Part shown: piece by piece, positions 41,143 through 54,680 of the stretch | How positions within the stretch are numbered: the stretch's first letter is position 1 | Layout: each line of letters begins with the position of its first letter | Origin: Ruditapes philippinarum | Taxonomy: Eukaryota | Direction: 5' to 3' | Length of the DNA: 64,000 nt | Assembly (NCBI RefSeq): GCF_026571515.1 | Contig: NW_026858277.1 | Coordinates: 248,001 to 312,000, forward strand | Made by a program: the position numbers and the translations under genes | The notes under the pieces: generated by a model | Databases searched by the model: none | Told to the model about the DNA's origin: nothing | The model's input: only the letters and a program-made list of their open reading frames with translations

Positions 41143-42254
41143 AAAAACATTGTAAAAATAGATAGTTATTTATTGTTTTCATAATGATTTCTTAAGGTAT
41201 GTTGAAACTTATACACATTGAATCTTGTTACAATATTGTATCATTAGACATCTTTAATAATTATATTTATAAATAGGTACTTATCTTATTATTTACACAA
41301 AAGAAAAGCACTATTTCTTCATAAATGTAAATGAATAGCCTTATCTCCACAACAAAATAACACCTTCCCTGCAATAATGTTATGCGTGGCCCATATTGAC
41401 CTTGCATGGAACTGTATTTTACTGAATGTAAATCAGCATGAGTAAGTTTTACGCGGTTTCTATTATCTTTACACTTGACAAAAATAGAATAAATAATAAT
41501 TTAATGTTTACTGTAGAATTATGGACTGTATAATTTTAACCTTGTACATGTACAGGTTTTTTAAACACATTTATTCTTGAATTTTCTATATTTTATTTTC
41601 CATTTCGTACTCTCTCTTAAAATAAAAGTGTGGGGGGGTCAGGAGTGCAACACCGTTTGCCCGTGTGGCTATTTATATTTTTAAATGTAGATATTATTTG
41701 GAAATCGAATTTACGCTTAATCTTTTAAAAAGGGTTTCTACATGTATTTTAAGCCTTTTTTCAGCAGATTTCCATGCTACGAGTAAAGAATGTAGGCGCT
41801 AATATAATGTCTATGTGAAATGTTAATTCGACAATCATTCATAATTAAGATAAATTAAGTGTTTATATAATCATATTTATAAGCTGAAGGTTAAATATTT
41901 GATAATTGTAACATTATATTTAGAATAATAAAATTGTAGCATTTTTTCATGAATTCTTCAACGGCCAAGCTATAGGCTGTCTGGTAATTTGACTTTTTTA
42001 AGAAAAAAAAAAGAAAGAAAGAAAGAAAACGTCGCTGTAACATTAGTAAAGTAATTTAACTTAACATGTGTAAAGTACATAGTAACTCAGTGAAATGGCA
42101 TTGCAATTGTATCAAACACACATCCTGTTATGATTACATTTGTTTTCATTCATTCAACCGGATCATTTTCGCATTCATGTCACGTAAGTTGTGATATAAG
42201 CGTCTTAAGACGTGGAATTCGAAATTTACACATACTTGCTGAAATAGATTATAT

Positions 42255-42454
42255 GAGCCGTGTCACGACAAAACCAACGTAATGCATCCGCGCAGTCTGA
42301 TCAGGATCCCTGCTGTTCGCTTACAAACCCTATAACAAGTAGAGAAAGTGATAGCGAACAGCATGGATCCTGATCAGACTGCGCGGATGCGCAGGCTGAT
42401 CTGGATCTATGCTGGTCGCAAACCCATTATGTTGTTTTTGTCGTGACGCGGCTC
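42255..42454. mobile_element. Palindromic MITE family A, copy 6 (~35-bp deletion in left arm)
   Basis: Same termini; flanks ATAT/AAAT (1 mismatch). Confidence 0.9.
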
Positions 42455-43699
42455 AAATCTTGATATTCATACGCTAGCATACACTCGCCTGACCTTAATC
42501 TATAACTAAGAACGAAGAATTTCGCTATACATTTTGATGGACTAGCTGATACTTAAAAAAGTATGCAAAGTTTGTTTTTTTCCTTTTCTATACAAAGAAA
42601 AAAACAGCTGACAGATTGAAATAATTTAAATCCCTCCTGATAAACACATACATTTCGTTTTGGAAAAACGGCTATACAGATAAATAGATACCTAGGGTTG
42701 AATAGAATAATTCGAATATGAAATTATTTTAACGATTTCTCCACATTCCGTACGTGTTCAAAATTAATGACAAATTGGTTACTGCATCGTACAAGTATAG
42801 TAAAAATTTTGTATTTTAATAAAATGCAAAAAAAAAGCTTAATTGCATTTTTAGATTGAAATTAAGGTAAAATAGGCGTACTTCTTTTCATATTTCCGAT
42901 TTTTTTAACAGGAAGGGGGGTGTATTTACTACTGTGGAAAATTTGATCCGATTTCTCTAAGACGAAACTGTCCGTCCTTGAGCTGACATTCCTAAAAGGT
43001 GAAATATTTTAAGATACAACTTGACATATAACGAGTTAATTTAGCATGAAATGTTCTTCTTGTGTCTTTGAAGAGACAAGAAAAATCTGCATACGCCTGA
43101 CGGTTTTAAAAGGTCGCTCGGTTGATAATGCTAAATGGTTTTTATTTAAATGCAGAAAAAAATGCATCATTAAAACGTTATGTGAGGGCAATTGTCCTAT
43201 CGTGCACGAGAAATCGCTCGTATATTTGATAAGAAATTGATCAAGAATTTGATATATTACGAAAGAATGGCCATAGTGGTAAAGTAGTTTAAACATCAAA
43301 TGTTTAAATTGTAATTAATCTTTTTTCTCCTATTTTAAAATCTTATATTTATTTTGGATATGGTCGCAAATTATATTTTTTTATCAAGATTCTTGAACTT
43401 TTTAAGCTTAAGATTATTAAACATTCGAAAATATATCTATTTGTTTTATTTACATTATACGGATGAAACTCCATGTCACGTGAATACGTTCGGATATCAC
43501 ATGAACGCATCATGTTTTTTAGCTCAAAATGTTTATTTGGTTCCAAATTTGTCGGATATTTGCAGACGGAAGGCTTTACCGGTTTCATCTGACATAAGTT
43601 TATTCCACGCAACACATAAGGAACCTTCGTTGAGATAACTTTTAATTCATAATTAATATGTAAATTTATGCTTAAAAAACACATTATAAGTGCATTTCC

Positions 43700-44035
43700 T
43701 AAAGCTACACTTCCTGTGGGTCATAGCGGACATTTTATTTAGTTAATTATTCATCTATTTAATAGTTTTCCTTTCTTTAAAACGGGCAGAAAAAAAGAGG
43801 TTACTTTTGAAGACAAACTGGGGCTCGAATTTGTGCCGTTCATTCCATTGGCAACTGGCTTTTGGGCGTGTTTGATATGTCGATTTAAATGACATTCGTC
43901 GGTATATAATTACAAACATAAGTTTAAAGTTCCCTGCCAAAATATTATATTCATCAAGTTTACATCTTTCTTTTCATAATCCGTAATATTATAAAAGGCC
44001 CTAACTTCAATTTTGAAATATTTGAAATAGCATTT
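43700..44035 (+). promoter_or_regulatory. Putative core promoter with TATA box (TATAAAAG at 43990-43997)
   Basis: Canonical TATAAAAG. Upstream are ACTTCCTG (ETS-like), TTGGCA (NFI half-site) and GGGCGTGT (Sp/KLF-like) motifs. It sits ahead of the ATG|GTAAGA exon. Confidence 0.4.
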
Positions 44036-44552
44036 GGATTTAAGATTTAAACTGTAAAACGCATTTGATGCTCGAATAAACGTTTAGACTTGGAGAGGTG
44101 TAATTATGGACCGTATCATCTGACAAGGTAGAAAATACCAACTTTGTGGTATTTGAGAGAGAGAAGCGAAGTAAAGTATATAATTTGGATGTGAAGCCAG
44201 GGACTTATGATAAACATTTTCATTACAGTTTTAAACGGTTTAATGTATGGATCTAGCGATATTGATAGGAAATTCAGCACGTGAACATGAGATATGGATT
44301 AAACTCTTTGTTTACAAATTAGGAAGTGATCATTACGTTTGTGTACTGTCCGGATTATGTGAAACTTAAACCAGTTGTTTTGCTAATTAAGAGACTCATT
44401 ATCTCGAGTAATTAATTCGAATGATTAAAACAGTTTTGGAGTTACAAGAAAAAAATATTGTGTGTTTTACATGATTAACGTGTGTTGTGTAATATTGAAT
44501 TCCGTAGTTGGATTTTAAAATATCATTCGCTTTGGATTTCAATCATTAAATG
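44020..44552 (+). CDS. Candidate exon 1 of the Trunk-like gene: 5'UTR plus the initiator ATG (44550-44552); 5' end approximate
   Basis: The sequence reads TAA ATG|GTAAGA: an in-frame stop, then ATG, then a strong phase-0 donor. Splicing to 60240 gives MVRGSRKLLITILYIILLSSPTFA, a textbook 24-aa signal peptide. A TATA box lies ~560 nt upstream of the ATG. Caveats: about ten upstream ATGs and a weak -3 base. Confidence 0.5.
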
Positions 44553-47094
44553 GTAAGAGGGATTTTATTGGTTTAATTTATTTAGAATAAAATTATACCG
44601 CTATGTATGATGATAGATTTATAATAAGATCATTTTCTTGTTTTTATTTGTTGTTAATTGGAACCAGCACTGAACAAATCCCTCTGGTAGCAGGTAATTT
44701 TTATGACTGAATTTATAACATAAAAAAAGACAAAAAATGTTGAGTAATTTGGAACAGATGTTAATTTGATCAAAATGGCAATTTATTCCTGAAAGAAGAT
44801 GCATAAGTGTGTGCAAAATCAGTTTTTTCAAATAACTTAACCGTCTGTTTTTAAACATTGATAGCTAGTATTAATAATTAAAAAAAAATTAGGTATGTAT
44901 TTCAATTACATCATTTGCAATTTTCGTTTTCTGGACATTATTTTGTCCACATGACACCGGATGGATAATTAGACACGGCTATTAGCAAGTTACACGTCAA
45001 AATATTTATTAGCTTCTTTAGATAATTAAATAGCGTTAACTGTCGTGTAAATGTTATTTATTAATGAATTGAATTAGAAATTTATTTATGAATTACTTTA
45101 GATGTTAAGAATTAAATATACCATCAGAAGAAACAGTTTGAGCTGTATTGTAATTTTAGACTCACCACTGCGGTTGTCATGTTTCACAAAGACGAGTTGC
45201 ATTTTTGTAACCAAAATATGTCTTAAGTAAATATGCCCTGTACTTTTTTTTTCGTTTGTATTAGTTTTCAACAAAAAGTTTGATATGCTATTGCATGAAC
45301 ATCCGCCAGATTTTGTTCGTGCTGCTTCTACTTCTGTCATAAGGAGCTTGCAAACCATTCACGATTAATGTTATGATTATATTGTGACATTTGGATTTCT
45401 TAAATAGGAGGTAAATTCTGCTAGTAGTCACTTTTGCTGTTGTTGTTGCTGTTTGTTGGGGAGGGGTTAGCTCAACGTGGTGAGTGGTTGAAGGAGTGAG
45501 GGTTCTTGGTTGAATTCTTGGTAAAATCCATACCTTTTGATTTTATGTGTATCGGAACATTCAAATGTATCAAGGAAAAACTATAGCCCCACTGATATAT
45601 ACTATGACAATAATGACGCTGTAGACAGACACAAACTCGTTCTGCATCTACGATTTCTCAAAATTTAAATTACTGACAAAACAACCATAAATCGGCACAT
45701 AAAAACTCCAAAATCGCAAAGTCATTTCTTGCCTTATTGATTTTTGAAGCGGCTGATAGATAACAGTCAATGACTATCACGGCCAATATATCAAAATAAT
45801 TAATTGACCATTATGTCTTCATTCTCAAAACGAGGCTAATTGTCAAGTCAGCATCATGCGAATGACGAAGCTAAATTATAGGAACGGGCTAATGCAGGGT
45901 TTCTCGTCTGCTAAAATGAGCTTCTTTAATTTATGAGCTAAATAGGAATGTAATGGTTGTTTCTTTATTTGGAGAAAAACTTCTTTATGTTGGCTGTCAT
46001 CAAAGACATATTTACCCGGCCAATATGTCCAGAACATGAACATCTCTCAGTTTGAAACCTATCATTAGGTCAGACGGTCAAGCGCAATAAGTTATTATAC
46101 TGATAGCATAATGTTGGCAAGAGGGCATGGGAGAGGAGGTTTGGAGTGAGTAAAGCAATGCATGTCTCAGTGTTATTGTAGTGAAGTCGAATTTCTCTAT
46201 GTTTTATCATTTCTAGTTTAATGTTACTTTGTTTTATATCAGCTTTCACGTATTTGTTATATGGACGTAAGAGTAAGTTCTTTAACGTTGCTATTCTGTG
46301 TACAGTATTGTTAGTTTATGGAAATTTGCGACGGGCGGCGTTGATAGCCAACACACCACTCATCCTGTACGGTAATTGTCACATGTCCTTCTTTATATAT
46401 CTTCTGTGTTTGCAGTATACTGCTATATTTGATTACACTTTGATTTCATTTAGTTAGGTATTGTTCATAGATGTTTCCAATAGTTATTTGTCAATATTGA
46501 TATACATAGTGTAGAACATGTAGCTTTAGTAAACGAGCACAGACAAAGTGACTAGTAAGAAAACAAAAATGAATCTTGATAACTAATTGTCACACAGTAT
46601 TTGTCATGTTTGTCCCATATAAAATATAGGCTATCTTTGCCTGATAGTGTACGAATATACTACAAAAATGAAAAGAATTTCTTGAAGGCCAAAACATATG
46701 TGATAAAAGTAAAGTGAAATGTGATTTTACCACCACATTATATCGAATTTATATTGCAAGGTGTTATCTCTAAAAAAACGAGAAGGGTTTGTGGTGAAAC
46801 ATTTTACTATTCTTTGCTGATACACATCAATGTAAAAATCAAAATCCTTTTAAAATAATTGGTTTGTTTGTGTGATTATATCAAAGTACGCTTAGTTATT
46901 TACATTTTTTTTCTAAAGTACACTCCAAAGAAATGGGTAAACATGCAAAACTTGTCAGTTTGAACAATTTTTTTCCAAACGTTTTTGAAGTTTACGTATG
47001 ACTTGACATAATGACTTAATGAACTTCTCTTGGGCCGTTTAGAGATTAAAAACACTCAATTGTTTTAATTTTATGCATAAAATATATATTTAAC

Positions 47095-48305
47095 CAAACA
47101 AATATCTAGGTCCAATCTTTCCTGAAATGTCATTGTTTTGTCAAGACCGTAATGAAATATCTAGCTTCAACCTTTCTTGTAAAGTCATTTTTTGTTAATA
47201 ATGTAATAAAATATATATGTTCAACATTTCCTGAAAAGTCATCATTTTAACCAGACTGTAATCATATTGTAATCAAATATCAAGGTCCCACCTATCCTGA
47301 AAGATCCTTGTTTTGTAAATACTTTTATCAAATATCAGTTCCCACCTTTCCTAAAATGTAATTATTTTAGTCATACTATTCAAAAATCTAGGATCAACCT
47401 TTCATAAAATGTGATTATTTAAACCATAATATAATCATTATGCAATCAAATATCAAGGTCAAACTTTCCCTGAAATGTCATTATTTTATCATCCTGTAAT
47501 CAAATATCTATGTCCAAACTTTCTAGACATGCCATTGTTTTGACCATACTATCATCAAATACCAGGTCCAACCTTTCGTGAAATGTCATTGTTTTGGTCA
47601 TACTGTCATCAAAATGTTCAGCTTCAACTTTTTCTGAAATGTGTTGTTTTATCATACTGTTATCAAATTTCTAGGTCCAATCTTTCCTGAAATGTTATTG
47701 CTTTAATCCACACTATAATTATATTTCTATGTCCAATCTTTCCTGAATTGTTATTGTTTTAATTCCTATTGTTATCATATTTCTATGTCTAATCTTTCCT
47801 GAAATGTTATTGTTTTAATCCACACTGTAATTATATTTCTCTGTCCAATCTTTCCTGAACTGTTATTGTTTGAATTCCTATTGTTATCATATTTCTATGC
47901 CCAGTCTTTCCTGAAATGTTATTGTTTTAACCCACACTGTAATCATATTTCTTTGTCCAATCTTTCCTGAATTGTTATTATTTTAATTCCTATTGTTATC
48001 ATATTTCTCTGAAATGTTATTGTTTTAATCCACACTGTAATCATATTTCTTTGTCCAATCTTTCCTGAATTGTTATTATTTTAATTCCTATTGTTATCAT
48101 ATTTCTCTGAAATGTTATTGTTTTAATCCACACTGTAATCATATTTCTTTGTCCAATCTTTCCTGAATTGTTATTGTTTTAATTCCTATTGTTATCATAT
48201 TTCTCTGAAATGTTATTGTTTTAATCCACACTGTAATCATATTTCTTTGTCCAATCTTTCCTGAAATGTTATTGTTTTAAGCCATACTGTAATCAAATAT
48301 CCTAG
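47095..48305. repeat. Satellite array with a ~54-56-bp monomer and 112-bp and 98-bp higher-order units
   Basis: tctttcctga at 47681, 47737, 47793, 47849, 47905 and 47961 (period 56), then ctttgtccaa at 47951, 48049, 48147 and 48245 (period 98). Confidence 0.92.
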
Positions 48306-50849
48306 GTTCATACTCACTTTTAATTCTTACTTTTAAGGGATTAGTGAAATGACAGTGTCTATAAAAAATACAACACACAGTGAAATATTTTATATTATCA
48401 TACCATTGTTATTGCTGACAAAGTAAATATTTTGGAAACAATAAATTTTAAAATGAAATATTCGCTAGAACTCTGATATGGCTCTGTTTATTTGCTAAGG
48501 AATTATCGTGACAGTTTAAGAAAATATGAACACTAGAAATTGTTCTATTTATAGGCCCAAATTAAAGGAAATATATAAATTATTTTGACATTGTTAACTT
48601 AGCGACAGGTTTACACGTTATGCGGGGCGGAGGATGGAAATAAAAGTTGTATAAAATACGACAAACATTAAATTGTGCACCTAATGAACATTTTCATTAT
48701 GATAGGAATGAGTTAAGGGGAGTTAGACAAGATGATTTTATAATCCCGAGGTACTTCACTTTAAAGTAAACGTGTGTACTAAAGGATTACATCCATAATC
48801 CCATTTGTATGTTCGTCCTCAGGAAAAAAGTAATGTAATCAAATAGGGATCAATTGTACATAAATATGTCCATTTTAAACCTCTCCGGACCTCTTGTTTG
48901 TCATTTATAAAAAGATTAGATGTATAGATAGATAAGTCGTCGTGATATTTGCATGTTAAAAACGATTGCTTATCTTGTTTTTTTTCTTTACTTGTTATAA
49001 CTGAAAATTGCCCTATCTGAATTGTGTTTAAACGTGTAATATGAGGCGATATTAACAACTCTTTGCTACGTCATATCAAACTTGGCTCCTAAAATTGTCA
49101 TTAATTGCTTTAAATGATTAAGTACAATTGAGTCTTTTCAGTTCTCAGTGTAAATAGAATCGGTAAACGTTTCATATTTTGATTAACAAAGGCGCCTGGA
49201 AGTTTGGGGTTCTTTACCTTTAAGTCATTCGTCTTTCGCGTAAGTCAACAGTTTAATCGCGCTAAAATCGCATACAATATATTTTTATCAATACGCATAT
49301 TTACGCGTACGTACAAAGAATGCAAGTCAACATTGCAAATGAATTTGCGAACAAGAAAAAAAATAATACATTTATATCTACACCTGTACAATGCATTGAC
49401 TGTTTAATAAAGTTTTTAGATATATTTAGGTGATAATATATTACTCGAATGTTTTATCAACAAAAAACGGATGAAAGGAATTCGTGATTAATCATTAAAA
49501 ATTTGAAATCACGGTGGCTATATGACGCTGAAATATTCGTATTTTAAAATCGTAATTTATTCATGAAGATCGTTGCTTAATTTTAAATGTATGCAAAATA
49601 AGTCACCATATTACCATTAAATATATTAATAATGATCTCAATAGAGTATGCATTAGAAGTTTTTTTGGCCTTCCATTAAATTGTTCCTTGTTAATATTAC
49701 AGCTCTCGTTTCATAAAAGGTCATGGTATAAACATTTAGGGGTTACTTAGATGTTGATATAAATGCTACAAAATGATGAATCATGGTGACTCTGACTGTA
49801 AATACAATGTCCTTGATTGCAAACAGTTTCATAATTTGGTTTAAATAAGGTCTTAAGCCCTACAGAAGACTGTGTCCATAACGCGGTGTGCTTGGTCACA
49901 CAATTAAGCAATGGTCTATGAGTAAATAGCAAAAAAAATCGCGAATTTCAGGCGGAATGCTGTTGAAATATGTGGCTTTATGTACCATATGGCGTAAGGA
50001 TATAGGTGGTTGGGTCGCGAGTAGTTTTATTATGAAATAAGAATTCAATTTTTTAATAATAATAATGATAGTTTAAGCTCTTGATCTCAGTAATCCCCGA
50101 TCTCTGAACACATCGAAGCGTTCGTCATAACGTGAATGTATAAAATATATTACATTTTATGGTTTTATATACTTATCAACAACACCAACCCAACGATAAA
50201 TGATGTCAAACATGTTTTAATTTGCTTGTTTTGTGAGGTAAAATTATTGAAAGCCTTCGTAAATTTCAATAAAAACGATGCCTAGATTTCGTTTATTTAC
50301 CTACAGTGACAGTATCATTATTGGTTCGAAAAAGCGTGAAAAATTACTTTTAGTACTATCTGATGTTGATAGCGGTATTTTATGTCCTATAACTACTTAA
50401 TCATGGCAATCAAAGAACATATAACTTTCGGGTATAAATCAAATCATTAATTATGTTTCGAGTGGTAGCGTCCTAGGATAATATTAACATTTTATGCAAT
50501 TTCTGTATACTGAAAAAAATGCCAATAATTCAACACGACATCCCCACCCCCACCATTCAACCAACCGCTCCTCGCCCTCGTCGTCGTCGTCCTCCTCCTC
50601 CTCCTTCTTCTCAACAACAACCGGCGAATATAGTCATACGTTAATGAAGTCCTTCTAGAATACTGCGTATGAATACAAGGGTTTGTGGAAATCTACTTCA
50701 AAATGTACCGTTTCTTTTCGGTCAGCACGATCATTGTAAAATGAAAAATAAAAATAAAAAAAGATTAATATATTCATTATTTATTCATCTATAAGTTTAT
50801 GTGTCTATATTTAGATATTCAGTTATATATATTAAGATACTCAAATTAT

Positions 50850-50975
50850 TCTCGAGTCAGTTTCTGAAAGTAACCTGTACTGTTGCTATCTTAAAACTTC
50901 GTCTTGAACAGAATAGGGCTTGAACCCGCTATCCCCGGTTTGAGATATTAGATACCACAGCCATGAGGACATGGC
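50850..50975 (-). mobile_element. Degenerate tRNA-SINE remnant
   Basis: Reverse B-box gggcttgaaccc; ctcgagtc...cctgtact block related to the 6238 family. Confidence 0.4.
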
Positions 50976-51273
50976 AGATGTTTATTGGGCGTTGATGTTT
51001 TAAATATGCGCAGATCATATCTTTCTTTATTTTTGTGTAAAATCTATCATGTGTAACAGTATATAAAAATTTTACTATGACATACTGTCGGTCTTTTGAA
51101 GAACCGAGGGGGTGACGGGTTTGAGCCCTATTAAGGCTATATCTCCTAATAAGACACTAGTACTTACATCGAAGTTGTGAGATTTTTTCTAAGTTCTGTC
51201 TCAAATCTCAGGATTTTCGTAGATAAATATCAATGCCCATACCCGTTTCTGCCCATTCAAATACCAGACATAT

Positions 51274-51508
51274 GAGCCGCGTCATGACAAAACCAACATA
51301 ATGGGTTTGCGACCAGCATGGATCCAGACCAGCCTGCGCATTCGCGCAGTCTGATCAGGATCCATGCTGTTCGCTGTCAGTTTCTCTACTTGTAATAGGG
51401 TTTGTAAGTGAAAAGCATGGATCCTGATCAGACTGCAGGGATGCGCAGGCTGGTCTGGATCCATGCTGGTCGTAAACGCATTATGTTAGTTTTGTCGTGA
51501 CGTGGCTC
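51274..51508. mobile_element. Palindromic MITE family A, copy 7
   Basis: Same TIRs; TSD ATAT/ATAT. Confidence 0.92.
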
Positions 51509-52260
51509 ATATGAATTTGTGCTTAATAAATTCTTTGTACCCTTGGACCGTGGTCAGTTCCGAAAACGGACACGGGGTGTATTTCAAGAGCTAGGCTATA
51601 AACTTTCACCATAGGCAGGCTACCAGTGAAGTAAATATGTTTAAACTATATACGTGAATTGAAAATAACTTGGTCGTATGTAAGATATTAAATTCATTTA
51701 CTCAACGTAATGTTTATTTTAGTATACTGTATCTTGAAATTCCGGATGTTGTCGCTGATAAGTCTAAATAGTTTTCTTATTCTTCAAGTTAAGTACATGA
51801 AGAAAGTAAACACCATTTTTTTTACATTTGATAATGGGTAAGGCATAGTTTAAGAAAATCAAGATCACAAGAAATATAATGTTTACATTTCAATATTTTA
51901 TGATCTTTTAAAATAGTTTTGTCTTATAAAGTTGTAGATAAATTGGTTGGTACATGTAGTTTTAATTGTACTTTTTATAAAGCATTTTTCTACGTTTTTC
52001 TTTTTCTTCATCTTTTATAAGATTTTTTTTCTGGTTGCCGGATTCCTTTTCTCTGTTTATACCCTCTATGGCTTCTTTAAACCAGTAATTAACAAGGAAT
52101 TTTAAAAAATGCATGACATTCTTAATCTCTGATCTTAAGATAGCGGTTTTGTTAAAGGAGGTAATAAATTAAGTATAAATTTGATGTACAGGATTACAAA
52201 AAAAAAGAAACCGCTCTGTCACGCTGGAGGTCATACACAACTGTAAATGCAAATTAATTT

Positions 52261-52482
52261 GAGCCGCGTCACGACAAAACCAACATAATGGGTTTGCGAC
52301 CAGCATGGATCCAGACCAGCCTGCGCATCCGTGCAGTCTGATCAGGATCCATGCTGTTCGCTTTCAGTTTCTCTACTTGTTATAGGGTTTGTAAATCCTG
52401 ATCAGACTGCGCGGATGCTCAGGCTGGTCTAGATCCATGCTGGTCGCAAATGCATAACGTTGGTTTTGTCGTGACGCGGCTC
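52261..52482. mobile_element. Palindromic MITE family A, copy 8 (13-bp deletion in right arm)
   Basis: Same TIRs; TSD ATTT/ATTT. Confidence 0.92.
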
Positions 52483-54100
52483 ATTTGTGACATTGTCGCT
52501 CTTGTAGAAGAAAGAATGCTGTTTTGGGAACAAAAACATCGTCTGTCCGATGTATGAAAGAAACGTCTGTTATCAACCAATGAAACAATTTTTTTTGCAA
52601 TTCTTAAACTCTTAAAAGTCACCAAATTACTGCGTTCTGCATTATTTAAATTTACGGTAAACTACGAAAATGCATTATAAAGTATTTTAAGATTGGGGGG
52701 GGGGGGGGGAGAAAGAGAGAGAAGGGGTCGTTTTTGACATTTCACGAGATTGATGATAAAGGTGCAAAACAGCAATTTAAGGTCGTTTTTTTTTCTCCAT
52801 ATGAGAATATTTTACAAAAAAATTGCGATCGTTACTCGTGTTTAATTATCACTCTGTACCAATGCGTAAAGGTATTTTTTTTAGTATCAAAACTTATTTA
52901 TTCTTCTTGTCGAACGCAATGTCGCTATCTAATAAAACAGCCCAGGAATTTATGGAGTGTGCGTTCTTCATGAATATTGGTTTTATAGTATAAAAGCTTT
53001 ACGCAAATTTTCAGAAAATACGTATATAAGGAGGGCGTCCTTTTAATAATACTTTATGCAAAAATGTCTTGTGTAAATATAACAGTTATTTTAATAAGTC
53101 TAATAGGACATAAAGCATACTAAAGGAATTGATAAATACTTCGGAAGCTACGCAAATAAAAGAGAAATATTTCAACGGGTCAAAATGGCTTAGTACCACG
53201 TGTCATCAAAAACCAATGCAGGGCGTTTTATCTCTTAATATAAACGTATTTTGGTCCTCATGTAAATCATAGACACACAATGATGAAAAATATTAATGTT
53301 AAATAAGGCAATGCCTAAAATAGATAGGTATTAATCTTTTAAATTCTAGATCGGAATTACCATTAAAATGTAAATTTGCTTTTGCAGTGTCATTTTTCAT
53401 ACTATCGAGTTTCTATAGTATGTGTACACATTTGAAAGTGTCCCTGGACTACGCCCTATATATCTTGTATGCTCATAAATAGCAAAGCCAACTGTTAGAA
53501 CAGCTGGACTCGGGTAATTTCCAATTATAAACCTTCTGTTTTGCGGTTTGAGATCTTTTTCTCTCGTTGTTTTGGTAGCATCCAAAACACAAGTGGCATT
53601 CTTGTTAACCTGGTCCTCTTGCTGACTAATATTTATTAATAGCAAATGGACCGTGGGAATCAATTTTTATCTCCAATCTTTAAAAATGGATTTAACACTT
53701 AAATGTTAAAACACGCACAATTATTTTCTAATTTCCTTCCACCCGATTATTCATTTTTATTCCGGAAAGGATCTATAAATTGTGTTTATGCAAATATCAC
53801 GTAATCTATGATTTGCAGTTATGATACTTCAAACAAAACTCACTAATTTGATAACCATCAAAACTAAATTTGTAGCCCGTCGAGAGGATAAAAAAAACAC
53901 AATACGTTGTAAAACGTGCTTAAGAGTGGGTGTTAATCTCTTGGCTAAGTAACGAAAGCCCTTCTTTGGAATGTTTTTATGGACCACTAAAGACACTAGA
54001 ATAGCGTTACCACTTTTCTAGGCTCGGGACTACTATACGCTTGTTAGATTATATATGGCCGTCTGGAATGAATGTAGAATAATCCAGAGATTCCTTGGTT

Positions 54101-54680
54101 TTTTAATACACAAGTAGTATATATTTAATACACAAGTAGTATATATTAAATACACAAATAGTATATATTTAATACACAAATAGTATATATTTAATACACA
54201 AGTGGTATATATTTAATACACAAGTAGTATACATTTAATACACACGTAGTATACATTTAATACACAAGTAGTACATATTTAGTACACAAGTAGTACATAT
54301 TTAATACATATTTAGTATACATTTAATACACAAGTAGTATATTTTTAATAAACAAATAGTATATATTTAATACACAAATAGTATATATATTCAATACACA
54401 AGTGGTATATATTTAATACACAAGTGGTATATATTTAATACACAAGTAGTATACATTTAATACACATGTAGTATACAATAAATACACAAGAAGTACATAT
54501 TTAATACACAAGTAGTACATATTTCATACATATTTAGTATACATTTAATACACAAGTAGTATATATTTAATAAACAAATAGTGTATATCTAATACACAAG
54601 TAGAATATATTAAATACACAGGTGGTATATATTTAATACACAAGTAGTATACATTTAATACACAAGTAGTATATATCTTA
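54101..54680. repeat. 22-bp minisatellite (TTTAATACACAAGTAGTATATA), ~26 copies
   Basis: Direct tandem units, followed by (GACA)n at ~54738-54785. Confidence 0.93.

Larger units (their letters stand above)
40942..41193. mobile_element. Penelope-like-element (PLE) derived insertion: inverted pseudo-LTR fragments with a 10-bp target-site duplication
   Basis: Inverted repeat with a best-matching core of ~66 bp (40978-41044 vs 41070-41136), extending loosely to actatcta/tagatagt. Each arm carries a hammerhead motif. The element is flanked by the direct repeat AAGGTATGTT at 40932-40941 and 41194-41203. Confidence 0.7.

Noticed and set aside
47095-48305. CRISPR-like regular repeats (also 25810-26018, 54101-54680)
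   Set aside because: No unique spacers, no cas genes and a eukaryotic context; these are tandem satellites.
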